DNA of 64,000 nt, taken from positions 50,036,001 through 50,100,000 of the forward strand of contig NC_045696.1 of the NCBI RefSeq assembly GCF_009834535.1. The letters run 5' to 3'. Of this stretch, positions 35,780 through 48,841 are shown piece after piece. Each line of letters starts with the position of its first letter. The stretch's first letter is position 1. Position numbers and translations under genes: made by a program. The notes below the pieces were generated by a model. The model had not been told where the DNA came from, did no database searches, and was given only the letters and a program-made list of their open reading frames with translations. The stretch comes from Camelus ferus (lineage: Eukaryota).

Positions 35780-36760
35780 CAGCGCAGACTGCCATTCCTC
35801 CCAGCGCGAATGCCGTGAAACGCTTCACGTCCTCCGATCTCGCCCTGTATCCTTTCTCTCTGTAAGATGAAAATGGGAAAAGTGTATATTTTTTTCAAAC
35901 ACTTTCTCCGTTTCCCCAGTTGCCATCTCTGAAAAATTCGAACTGCTTGAAGATAGAAAAAAGATGAGCATGTTTTTAAAAGGCATTTAATTGCCTAGCA
36001 CTAACCTACCTGGCCTCGGCTCCTTTGTGTGTGTGATGTGTGTAAGTGTGTGTATGTGTGTGTGCAGGGGAAAGTAAGGGGGCGGGGCAGGGGGAGGAGT
36101 GAGGGGCGGGGAATCACTGCGATTGCGGGGGGCTTCCTAGTGGCGAGGACCTTCCTCCAGCACCCCGGGTCTGGCGTGAGATCCCTCCGGACCTCCAGCT
36201 GAAGCCCGCCAGCGCGCGCGGCCGGGAGCGAGGATGGAGAGGCTGGTGAGCCGGGCCAGGCGAGGGAAAGAGGGCTCGGGGTGGGCGGTGTCGCGCCGGC
36301 GGCCCTGGGGCGGTGGCGGGCTGAGAGCGCCAGGCTGCGGCCCTCCTCAGGCTGGTCCGGAGCTGGGATTTTTGCTAGCGCTTTCCTCTCAGCGCTTATC
36401 CTTGCAGAGAAGCTGATTTTGCCTTCTAGCTGATGGTTTACAGGCCGTTCTGGCCATCCGGTTCTCTGTCTCAACGTGCTAGAGAAAGGATGCCGCCGGG
36501 CGGTGGCTCCGCAGGCGCTTCTCCGAAGACCATTGACATCCCTGGAGGGGAACTGGGCCTGGGGGTCGCGCGCTGGTGGCAGGGATAGAGGGTGCTGTAT
36601 TGGCTCCGTTTAGGCCCTGAAAGCTGGGGTGGGGTTGTGAATTTCGGGATTACTGTCCCTGGGAGAGCTCGCTCCCTCCATGACGCTCCAGCCTCTTTCT
36701 CCATCCTCTGCGCCTTTGCCTTGGGAAGCCATAAACGATCGGCTACATCAGGGTTAAAAC
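35780..36760. promoter_or_regulatory. CD200 promoter / CpG island with Sp1-type GC boxes
   Basis: The most CpG-dense, GC-rich stretch in the window, spanning exon 1. GGGGCGGGG boxes at about 36079-36087 and 36103-36111. Imperfect (TG)n at 36026-36064. Confidence 0.85.
36234..36245 (+). CDS. CD200: CD200 exon 1 coding part (MERL)
   Basis: aggATGG Kozak context; ATG GAG AGG CTG|GTGAGC donor inside the CpG island. Confidence 0.93.
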
Positions 36761-39700
36761 CCAGGCTATGAGAGACAGACATTTTGTTTATTCAGGATCT
36801 GTATACATGACAAAATGAAGGAGAGGGTTTTCATTTACACTGGTATAATTTTAGAAAACAATAAAAATTAAAATCCAAATACAGGTAATGCCTCAGGGTA
36901 TATTTTTTTTCATATATAGTTTATTGGCAAGACCCCACAGCCGGTTATTTCAATGTCTTTCTTAACAAAGGCCTTCAAGTGATGTTTACCATGTGCTAGA
37001 TGCTCTTAACCTTCATAACTATCCTTCAGAGGAGGAATTATTACCCTGTTTCACAAAGAAACAGGTAGAAAATGTCTCCAAGTCCATGTGACTGTGTAAT
37101 ATATGTCAGGGTCAGGATTTGGACCTAGAAGCTTTCAGGGAACGAGGTACGTATAGGGACAATGGAGCTGCCAGGCAGGCAGCTATCAGGTAAGAGCCAG
37201 GGCTCTGTAAACCCTGGCCCTCTTGTGAAGGGTTATTAAATGAACTTATCCATTTCCATTTCTGTATAATTTGATTAACCACGTAACACATGTTGGCATT
37301 TACCATATCTTAGGCACTGTATTAAATTCTCAGTGTAACCCAATGAGATAACAGCAACATTGATCTAGTACTTATTTCTATCAGTCACTGTTCCAAGAGC
37401 TTTACATATATGACCTCATTTAGTCTTTTTAACAGAAAGAAGGTTGGGAATATTTTTTCTGCATCTCAGAAATGTAAAATGATCTGTCCCAGCTTACACA
37501 TCTAGTCTTTGTGCTTGCCTGAACTCAAGTCAGCCAGAGGAAATATGTATATATTTAATAGCAGGCCTTTCCTTCTAATTCCCTTTGCCTCAGTCACTGT
37601 GCTTCTGTTTCTTGACCACTGCTGGCTCCCAGTTCACATATCTTGTGTTTTGGCTTTCTCGCCTATCTTAAACCTCAGATTTTTCACGCTGAGAGACAAA
37701 CTATTCTGCATTCCTCATCACAGCCTTTGCTAAAGCCTGGATTTCAATGTGGCATGATGGTTTAAAAAAAATTGATATGGGATTAGAATGCCAGAGAAAA
37801 TGTTTTAGTTTCAGAAGCCAAAGTTGTTAAATAGCGAGAGCCTAAATATTTGAGTTTTAAAAGCCTAAATGCTGAAAGACCAAGGATAAACGTTCATCCA
37901 AGAAGGAGTTGATGGGAAGAATACAAGGTGATGGAGGTGGCAGCTTTTCTGACCCTAGGCTGGGGGAGCAAAGAGGGACTGACTAGTGTCTATGCTAAGA
38001 CACCAGTTTGTGTCCTGAAAAGGATGCTTTGTGCCTGGTCCCCAGGAATGGGGAATTCAGGAGGATGGTAATAGAACTTGGTTGAAATTCAAGGGCAGAA
38101 AGCATCTGTGCCTTGCTTTCCTGTGTTTTCTGTTTCACTGTTCCCTTGCCGTGATGCCAAGGCCTCCCATTGCTAGGGACCACCATGATGAGAGACACGC
38201 TGCTGCTTTTCTGCCACAAAACCAAAGGTTTCCAAGTGGTTAAACTGTAGCTGCAACATTCCCTGACATAGCGATCAGATCAAAGCTTCCTTAGCCTTGT
38301 CCTCATCCAAATGCCCATTTCTGTCCTTTGCTTTCTGTCTTCAGGTGTTCAGGAGGCTCTTCTGTCATCTGTTCTCCTGCAAACTGATCTGGTTCTTGTC
38401 AGCTCTGATACTATGCGAGGCACAAGGTAAAGATACTCCATTGCCCTGCTTGGAATCCAGGAAACACAATTTCTAGAGTGGAGCCATTTGGCCACTATTG
38501 TTTGTGCTGTGCTGTTTCGTCTGTCTGCGTGGATTATTTCAACGTGTGATTCGTTTGGAAGAGTGGGAGTGGTTCTTTCTACTTTCCCCGTTTTTGTTAT
38601 CAAAGACTTTGATATTTAGAAACTGTTTTCATAGACAAAACAGATGTAAAAATTCTTTCTAAATTAAGATTAATTTTTCATCTATCAAGTTGAATAATGA
38701 TTAAAATAGTAATGCTCTATGTTTGTAAAGAATTGGGAATACTTGGGGGAGTATGAGTGAATAGGGCCTTTTTGGAAGGTAATTTAGCAATAAGCCTTAA
38801 AATTGGGCGTGTCCCTCTTTTACAGAAAAATATTAAAAATAATGAAATAGGGAGGTTACATAGGTTCACATAGTCTATTGCCTAAACCATACACCTGCAC
38901 TGCCCACTTACCTGCTGAGTTTCCTACTTGTGTTAGACCTTTCTCCGTGATTCCATAAGACACCACCCCTCACCTTGCTGCTGGCCCGTTTGGTTTTTTT
39001 TTTATTGAAATATAGTCAGTTACAATGTGTCGATTTCTGGTGTACCCCATAATGCCCCAGGCATGCATATACATACGTATATTCCTTTTCATTAAAGGTT
39101 GTCACAGGATGTTGACTGTAGTTCCCTGTGCTACACAGAAGGAAGTGCTGCTGGGCTTTTATCTCCTCCTGTGTGCTGTTGCTCTCCATCAGCCTTCACG
39201 GGGTGGGAAGGGGTAGCGTCACACCATCTGCAGCACAGGATTTACGACTGGGGGACTCTAAATGGAATTTCATACAAGCAGCAAAGAATTGTAAACTTTC
39301 CACTAAATTATTTCTTCCATAGTCAAAGAGGAAAATCGCCCAAGGTGTTAAAACTCTAGCTTTGATACCCTTTTCTCCTCTCCATTCTAAAAGCAGCAAT
39401 TTCTTCACATCTCTGCTCTGCAACATCTCAACCAATGTTTAGGAAACGCCGGTCCTAACAACGGATGTTGCCCTGGAACTTTGCACATCCACTGAGAGTA
39501 CCCCTCACTAAAACCAGACTTACACGACACCCGGGGGTCCTGATTTGTACGTGTCGCTGTGCCCATCTGTTCATTCCTGATGTTCAGGGTTGTTGAGAGG
39601 ATGTTGTTGGGCTGCCTCCTTTTTCCCTGATTACTCTAGCCATTTTATCTGTATCATTAGTGTTAGAAAAAACAGATTTTGGTGTTTTTGATTAAGTCTA

Positions 39701-42700
39701 CATTTTGTGTACCATTTTATTAATTTACACTTTTAACTTTATTAACTAACTCCTTTTATTATTTTTTGGTGGGTGGGAATTTTGGATATGTGTGTGTACT
39801 CATTTTTCAATCTTTCTTGTTTCTTAATAAATTAAGTTAGGATTAAATATTTCCCTCTGAGAACTGCTTTATCAGTTTCTACAGATTTTAATATAGGATA
39901 TTCTCATTGTCATTCATAGTAACTCATAGTTCTTGCTATGATTTCTGGTATAATTAAAGAGTGAAAAGAATTATGTAAATTTATAATGTTATTGCACTAT
40001 GGACAGTGTTCAAGGTCATTTTTTGTGCACTAAATTCAGTTTTGGGATATGTTCCACGTGTTGCTTGAAAAGACTGTTTTCTTTTGGGTAAAATTTATAA
40101 ATACATGCTATTATACACATACATATATAACAATTTGTATATATATGTTTGTTTTTCAAATCTTCTATATCCTTATATTTGATCTTACTGCTTTTCTTTT
40201 TTAATATATAGAAGTGAAAATCTGAGAGAACTATGAAAAACTCTCCCATTATGATTGTAGATTTATATATTTTTCTTTGTAGTTCTATTAGTTTTTATAT
40301 ATTTCAGTTGTGTTTGTAGGTGCATGAAGGTTCATGATTAATATATCTTATTTTATATTCCTCCTTTTATCATTTTGAAAACTACATTTTTGTCCCTTAC
40401 AGTGTTTTTGACTTCTGGTCTCCCTTTTTTTTTCCCTTTTAAAAGTCCTACTGGACTGATACTGAAATAGTGCAGTCTTTCAATTTCTCTCTAATACCTT
40501 TTATATCTTTATCCCTTTGTGCTACTTTCTGAGAGAATTCCATGACCTAATCTTCCTACTTACTAATTTACTCTTCAGTGATAACCACTCTGCTAAGTCA
40601 GCCAATCTGTTAAGATTTTATATTTCTCATTTCTACATCTCCAGTTTCTACTATTTACAATGCTGCTTCCTTTTCGCACTTAAGATACCACATTTATTCA
40701 TGTCAAAGTGTTTTTTGATATATGGTATCTTTATTCATCTGGTATGAGTTCTTGGGTTTGTAAAGTTTATTACTCTTCTATCATTCTGTTAGCTTTCTCG
40801 AATGTTTGGCTTTTTGTTATTATATTGAGATTTCCCATTGAGTCATCTATCATATCAACATGAATAGCCAGTATTGGAGAGAGAAGGAATTACTGCCATA
40901 CCTTATATTCTGCACTGCATTCAGTAAAAATGGGAGAATGTGTAGATTGTCATTCGGTTGTCAAAGCTCTCTGGTACAGTCAGCCTCCTGGAGCATTGTC
41001 CTGTATATCTCTCTGTCTTATGTTCCTGCCTTCACCACTGCTTCCTGAAGGCAGCCATCACTATTGCTGCCCGTTCCTTTGCAGAGTGTGTGCAGGGAAT
41101 GGTTAAGGCCTATATACCTTCTTCACGTAAACTAATCACTCTGCCTATTGCCCATTGACCCTTTCTCATTCCTAGCTTATACCTCTCAAGTAAACACACT
41201 TGGTGATGTTTCTGTCCTATCTGGCAGTTGCCATCTTCAACCTCACTTCACCTACTTTTCGGCTTATAAGGATTCTTCATGCAATTTCTGGTCACCGGGA
41301 ATTCGCTTTCCTGTTTTTCTACTCTTAAAGACTGAACAAATATATTTGAACTTATATTTCTTTAGCAGCATCAGGAATGTAGGTAAATGTTTTCTCTTTC
41401 TTTGCATTTTTTTAACTTTCCTAAATTTGACTTTAAGCATGTGTTTTTTTTAAATCAGAAAATGTATATTTGTGTATGTATTAAAATTTAAAGTATAATG
41501 TTCTTTTATGATTCCATGGTGAAAGTGGTGACCCAGGATGTAAGAGAGCCGCTGAACACACCTGCCTCTTTAAGCTGCTCTCTGCAAAATCCCCAGGAAG
41601 TCTTGATTGTGACATGGCAAAAAATCAAGGCTGTAAGCCCGGAAAACATGATCACCTTCAGCGAGAACCATGGGGTTGTAGTCCAGCCTGCCTATAAGGA
41701 CAAGATAAACATCACCCAACTGGGACTCATGAACTCAACCATTACCTTCTGGAATACCACCTTGGAGGATGAGGGGTGTTACAAGTGCCTCTTCAATACC
41801 TTTGGTTCTGGGAAGATCTCAGGAGTAGCCTGCCTCACCCTCTCTGGTGAGAATCTCTGAATACATTGTCTTTAGCTAGAAATGTTACTCTCAAGAATGT
41901 CTGGAACATAGTGGTAGTGCCTAGTTTTTCAGGATCCTAATCCCAGAGGCTCATGGGAGAACACTTGGCTTCCACGTCTACTGTAATTGTGGTTATGGTT
42001 ATTTGGAGAGTTCACGGTTACATGATATATTGAATCTCTGGCTAGAGTTATCTTTGCCCTAAAGAATCCTGTTGTCAACAAGAGTAAATTAAGGACCATA
42101 ATGAGGACAAGTTCTTCGTAAGCAGTTACATGGTTCAGACCTGGCTTTGCCATTAGCAATCACGTGCCCCTACAAGGGTCCTGTCTACTCTCTGTACCAC
42201 AGTTTATTTATCTGCACTGTAAGTGTGAAATAGATCATCTCTTGGGTCTCTAACAGCTTTAATATTTTTAGATCTAAGGACAAAGCTAGATTGGGCTCAC
42301 CTGGAGCTGGTTATGGGCGTCCCTCTCATTTTGTTTCAGGCTCACTTTCTCAGGACTGATAAGGGGATATGAGGCTTTTCATACCTGATGCCTACTGGGG
42401 ATTTAACTGAATAATAAGCATTCTTTTAAAATCCAAAAGGCTTAGCTTGACAAGGTTCCTTTCCTCTTAACTGATGCTTAGCTGAGATCAAGAATTGAGA
42501 GGTAGAAATAAGGGGTAACATTGGAGCATGGCACACTTGTTGATGGTCTTCGAAGGGAAGAGAAACAGGCAGGGTTATCAGGAATGTTAAAGTGAGAGTT
42601 TGAGCACAGTAAGAATACTGAACAGAGGATAGGAGGAAACTCAGTAAATAGGAATGCAAACAGAAGGACGACACCGAATATTTTGCTTATAGTGAGTCCT

Positions 42701-45700
42701 CTCTGCAGGATCTTGCATCAGGCTTTCTTGTTGATTTCCACTTCTTTCATCCTCTCTGTCCCCTTCTGTCTCTCTCCCCACCTCCAATCCCCCCTCCCTC
42801 TTCCCTTTCCTTTTATTCCTTTGCCCCCTTTTTTCTTCTCTCCCTCCCTTCCTCTCTCTCCTTTCCTTCCATCTTCCTTTCCTTCCTTTCTTCTTCCTGT
42901 CTCCTTTTTCTTCCTTTCCTTCTTGTGTCGTAATTTTATCATTTCTGTTTCTTTTTCTTTTCTTTCTCTTCTTTGCTCATCTTTCTCTTTCTTCCATTCC
43001 CCCTTCTTTACTCTTACTTTTCATTATATTTTTTTGCTTGAAAAGCAGATGCCTCTGAGTCTTCTAGCTGGTAATCCTGTAGTTCTTTTCCACACTGACC
43101 CTTTCCAGCCACACCTTATAGCTTTCATCTAAGTCATTCTTTGATATACTAGAGAGCCCTGCCAGCCAATCTGGCCATGCCACCATACTCGTCTTCCTTC
43201 ATTTTATCTCACTTCCTCCAGGGCTCACTGATGTTAGTAATGTGGACATTCTGGACAGAGCCACATTCCTATAGGGCCCATTTCCTCCAGCCTACTGCCA
43301 CCCACCCACTCCTTGACCCTCTAAGTCAGACAGATTTTTATTTAGCACTATCCTTTAATCATCTTGTGGGCTCCAAAGCCAACCACAGAAAGGCAAGTTT
43401 GCATTTCCCCAGCAGAGATAAGCTGTATATTACAAGGAAAATGAACTCATTAGTCAAGGGACTTTTGAAAGGGAATGGGGTACAGCTGACCTAAAAATAA
43501 TCTTCTTTTTTCATAAGCTAGTTAATTTTCTCTTAACTCCAGAAGGTGATCTCCAAGGTCCTTACAACTGTCATTCTGTGATTTTTTTTCTGACTATTGG
43601 CTGTGAATTCCTAAGTTACATTTTGTATAGATATTTCAAACTGGGGCTTTCCAAGTCTGCTCCATACATGTCATTCACTAGCCCAGTTCCAAGCAGAAGA
43701 AGGCCATCTCTAAGTGGCAGCCCCTCTATAGGCTCTCTGTTCTGAAACTGCCCTGGTGCTTCTGAGAAGTGCAGGCTACATGGATAGAGGTGCTGACTGG
43801 TGGTCATTGTCAAACTCTTTGAAGGGGATACCTAGAAGAAGGCGGAGATGTTGCGTTGCTCAAGGAAAAGAGAAAAGCATACTGAGGCTCGGGGAGGGGG
43901 AGGGTACCCTCTGTCCGTGCAGCTTAATCTCCTAGAGACAAACTACACAGAGGATCTTTCTTGTCACAGGGTTGTACTAGGTCAGTCTCTATCCTGCAGG
44001 TCAGAGAATTAGATACAGAAGGAACTGAGAAGGCCCCAGTTTGGATCGGAGGTGCCACCTTATGTTTCTAGCCCCCACTGTCTTTCTGTAAAGATCTTTC
44101 TTTCATCTCTGGGGAGAGTGTGGGCCTCTGACTAGATGTTTAACTGATGGCAGGTCTTTTTTTTTTTTTTTTTGTCCCAGTACAGCCCACAGTTTTCCTT
44201 CACTACAAATTCTCTGAAGACCACCTAAATATCACTTGCTCTGCCAATGCTCGCCCAGCCCCTGTGATCTCCTGGAAGGTCTCTGGGTCGGGGATTGAGA
44301 ACAGTACTGAGATTCTCTCACACCCCAATGGGACAACATCTGTCACCAGCATCCTCCAGGTCAAAGACCCCAAGAGTCAGGTGGGGAAGGAGGTGATCTG
44401 CCAGGTGCTGTACCTGGGGACTGTGACCAACTACAGGGAAACGGTGAACAAAGGTAAGAGAGAGTGGGCCGAGATGGCGGTGGTCACATCTGCAGACACA
44501 CGCGTGGAAGGCGCTGAATGCTCTGCAGAGCCTCTCAGCCTCTTAGCAAAGGAGCTGATAAGAGACAGAATGGGGTAAGTAGGCAAAGAAAAACTGAGTC
44601 GAGGAAGCCAATGATGCTGGTTTTACTTTGGCGAGTGTGGGATGCTGCCCACTTACCAAATGTTTTTGCTGAGATCCAGCTGCTGATTGTGTCCTCTGTG
44701 CCACCTACTGAGCATTTGTTATGCCAGAAATGTGACAGAGAGAGCTTCTAGTCCACTAGGGAATGCAGAGGAGGGGCTGGGCAGTTGAAAAACTGCATGT
44801 CACATGCTTCAGTAAGAAAGCTGTGCTACACCTTGGGAGGACCTAGGGTGGGAAGCAGGGGCATCAGCTTAGTCTGGAGGGATCAGGGTGTCTTCCTGGA
44901 GGAAGCGACATCTGTGATGAAACCCCTGCATAGTCTACACTGTGGGAAGGGGGCAACAGAGCTTTTGGGAAGAAGGCTGATCAGAGGTGTTTTCCTCACC
45001 CCATTTAAAAGTAAACTGCCTCCTGTTCAAGACCCCTTTTGCTCGCCTGTGTTTCTATCTAAACTGCTATCTCTGGGTCTCATCGATTCAGGAGGTGAAG
45101 ACTATGGGAGAGAGAATAAAGGGAGCAGTGGTTTTAGAAACGAGACCCTTTAGCGATAACAATCCCAGTTTTCTTTCTCTGGGTAGTTTTAAGCACTAAC
45201 TTCCGATGAGGCACTCAGGAATAAGCCTCCTAAAAAGATACTGCTGCTTTTTCGGAGAGGCATTGTGAACAATAAAAATCTGGAAAAGCCTGTGCCTTGT
45301 TGGCACGGTGGCCTCCAAGGAACATCTCCTGTAGTCATTTCTGGGGTCCTTGAAAACTAACTAGTCAGAAAGTCAACATTTTGTCAAAATGGGTCAAGAG
45401 GCATTCGATTTGGACATTTGTGAAAAGATCCTCAGATTCAGCCAAAGTGAAGGGTAAATTTCCCTGAAAAACAAGAACCTGAAAAGGAACATGTCTTCCT
45501 CTTCCAAGAATGCCCAAATTGACTTATTTGTAATGCTTATACATCACTCATGTAATGTTTGTTCATCCTGTGACCACAATTTACTAAAAAATCTTCCATG
45601 CTTAAAGCATTATATCAAGCACTAGAACTACTGAAGTTACACAAATCTGAAGATGCTCAGTTAAATTATGATGTGATAAATCTCATTAGAAAGGTATGGA

Positions 45701-48700
45701 GAAGGTGCGGGAGGCGCCCGAGTCAGGGAGTGAGCACCTGCCTTTGTATTACACAGTGACACCGAGGAGCTGAGATCCAGGCTAAGTTGCATTTATGGCC
45801 TATTGGGAAGAGATATGATAACAAGGACATAGACGAGAAGGAATAGAATAAAAACATTGAGATGAGTTATTCCTGGGGCATTGGAATCACGAGATTCATG
45901 ATTTTTTTCCCTTTATATTTCTCTGTATTTTCTAAAACTTTCCTCAATAAACACAGTCCTTTAATGGACAGTATGGCAAGGAATATGTGCTTTGGAGGCA
46001 AACAGACCTCTGACCAAGCCTTGTTCTACCACTTATGGCATTGATTTTGGGCTAACTTAATTTCTCTGAGCCTTGGGGGTTTTTTGTTTTTTATTTTTAA
46101 TCTGTTTAATGATGGTAGTAATACCTAACTCATGGGCTATTTTGAGGATTAAATGAGATAACATATTCAAAGCTCTTATTACATAGTAACCACATTAAAC
46201 ATGTTAGCAATTATTAGCATCTAAATGTTATGAACATAATATGAGCTCATGAATTAAGACCTCAATTTGTATATATCTAAGAATAATCTTCATCAGAATC
46301 TCAACTCCAATAAAAACTCATCACAAGTATGGCTTTATCACTTCTTACCTCAACGGCTTCCACTGATGACCTTGTTTTTCCTTTTCTCCCTTCAATATCC
46401 ACAGGCTTTTGGTTTTCAGTTCCACTGTTGTTAAGTATTGTTTCCCTGGTAATTCTTCTGGTCTTAATCTCAATCCTACTGTACTGGAAACGCCGTCGGA
46501 ACCAAGACCGAGGTGAGTCCCTAAGGGAAGTACAAAGGCGAAAAGAAATGATTGTTCACGACAATTGGGGGGGGGGGGGTCACACAAAGATGTAAATAAG
46601 GGGATTTGGCTTGACGTTTCCAAAATACGTACATGTTGATGTTATTTTGAAACACTTTGGGACCATTTTCTTGCAATTGGACATGAAACATTTCTGCTTT
46701 TCATTTGCGAAGATTGTTTAAAGGCTAATTATTTTGTAAATTGAGAGTCAGGGTTGAGGAGAGGAAATGTGGAAAATATTTATTCTATCACTACGGAATC
46801 GTCTGATGGCAAAGCCAGAGAAGTCTTGGTGCCCACGCTGTGTTCTTCCTGCCCTGGACAATCTCTTCTCTTTTTACAGCATCCCACAGGTCAGCTCCCC
46901 TGAATACGTCCAATGTGACCACTAATTATGTAGTGCTTTCTGTGTCACACACTCACTATGTCTCAGACGCTATAGACAACACACAGGTGATTCATACTCA
47001 TGATGACTGTGACGTATCATTCTCCACTTCTGCACCGTTCATTTCTCTCCGTGCCCTACAACATCCAGCATGGTGTCTTATGTGTACCAGGTCCTCAGTA
47101 GATGTTCATTTAAAAAGTGAGTGAATGAATGAAAGGATACATTTGCAAAGTGATTTTTTTCAATTTCCTTTTTGTATTGTAAATTCAGTAACCTCATAGG
47201 TGCTGAGTCTAAAACATTGTGAGACATCCTAAAACAAGAGACGCTATAAACCCAGAAAGGTCAGCTAGAGGGAGAGAATTAAATTTCCTTGGCTTCTGAA
47301 GATGGCACATAATTTATTAAAGCTAATGCAGAGCTGCAGTTTCTGTTGTAGGTAATGGGACTTCCCTAGGACGAAGTGGTGATGGGGGAGTTTTCTGCAT
47401 CTCAGATGCCTGAAAGAGGGGGAAGAAAAACTGCTGGCTTTGAGTGTTATTTTACATTTCTATTAAAAAAAAAAATCTCACTCAAACGCTACCTTTTTTG
47501 CGTTTTCATTTTGTCTCATAGATGAATATCTTTCATGCTCTAGGTTTTTAGAACACTTAATTTTGCATAAACCTTACATAAACACCAGATTAAATCTTGT
47601 GATTTTATCAGAAAAGCAACACATCACTGGTGTCAATGACTCTTTTGCAAAAGTAGACACAGGGATTTGCTCTGTCTGGGACAGGAGACTGCACATCAGA
47701 TCATCTTATTGCACCTAAACATAAACCCATGGAACCCATGAGCTCTCTGCAAAATGACAAAGGCAGGGCCCATTGGATTCTACTTTTTCCAAACATTTCA
47801 CTTTTCCAGTTAGGAAGTGAAGTTGACCTTCTTCCCTGAGGTCACAGTTAGCAGCAGGCCTGGTACTAGAATCCTGGTCTCCTGATTTCTGCTGGAATAT
47901 TCTTTCAGTTATGGTTTCCTGACTTGAAAGGCGCTATTGTTAGTGCTTGCTGACTTTTCTGTATTCTTTTGTAAAGTGCAGGCAGAAAAGTATAAAGTGT
48001 TCATTTTAAAAAGTCCCTTTTGGATAAGAGTCTTATAATACAATCTATTCAAGCACAAGCTAAATTTCACTAGAAAGGGGCGTTTGCAAAATGACTGTCC
48101 TTTGTTCATTAAGTCTTGTATTTTCTGGGAAATCTAATTGTTCACCGCCTTATTCAGTTCCTGAAGTGACGATTCAGCTTCTCTCTGTTCCCAGGCTTTT
48201 TCTCATTTATGAAGTAAACATCCAAATCTGTATGAATCTTGTAAGTGCTGGGATCGCCATTTACTGACAGTGTTTTCATGACATACGGCCAATTCAGTTA
48301 ATTACACTGGACGTGCAGTAACAAATTTTGAGTGACTAGATTTTTTTTGGTCTGGTTTCACAAGTTTTAACAACCAGATTATTTGGTCCCACTTACTTAA
48401 AAACTAGTAAAATCCTGTGTCAATTATGCTGGAGACTTAAAACCTCAAGGTTGGGGAAATACTGGTTTGTTAAGACAAAAACTTAAGTTATATGGAAAGT
48501 TGGGAAAAAAGGAAGAAAATCATCAAAGACTGCTGTCATTTTTTTTTAATTTCTTCAAGTATCGCATTCTGATTGTCAATTTGTGATGAAAGCGAATAGT
48601 CCTACCACATTTACCTTTCATCTCTACTTACTCTTACTTTATTTCTCTCTCTCTTTTTCTTTCTATTATCTTCTGAAACAGAAAACTTTTGGATGGGCAG

Positions 48701-48795
48701 GGAAACATGATTAGTCAAAAATGACTCTAAGATTTTGGACCTGGTGACCTGAAAAATGGTGATGTGAACAGAAACAGAAGTGGAGAGGGGGACCT

Positions 48796-48841
<46 letters not shown>

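Noticed and set aside
36001..36782. 157-aa and 103-aa minus-strand ORFs over the CD200 promoter
   Set aside because: Expected by-product of stop-poor GC-rich sequence; no recognisable domain.
38150..38200. Possible counterpart of the human alternative exon between CD200 exons 1 and 2
   Set aside because: No convincing splice-site pair or peptide similarity could be established by eye.
41498..41525. ORF-track N-terminus MFFYDSMVK as a CD200 start
   Set aside because: Intronic acceptor region; the leader is supplied by exons 1-2.
42683..43132. 149-aa F/L/S/P-rich hydrophobic ORF and its K/G/R-rich antisense ORF
   Set aside because: Translation of a CT-rich low-complexity tract.
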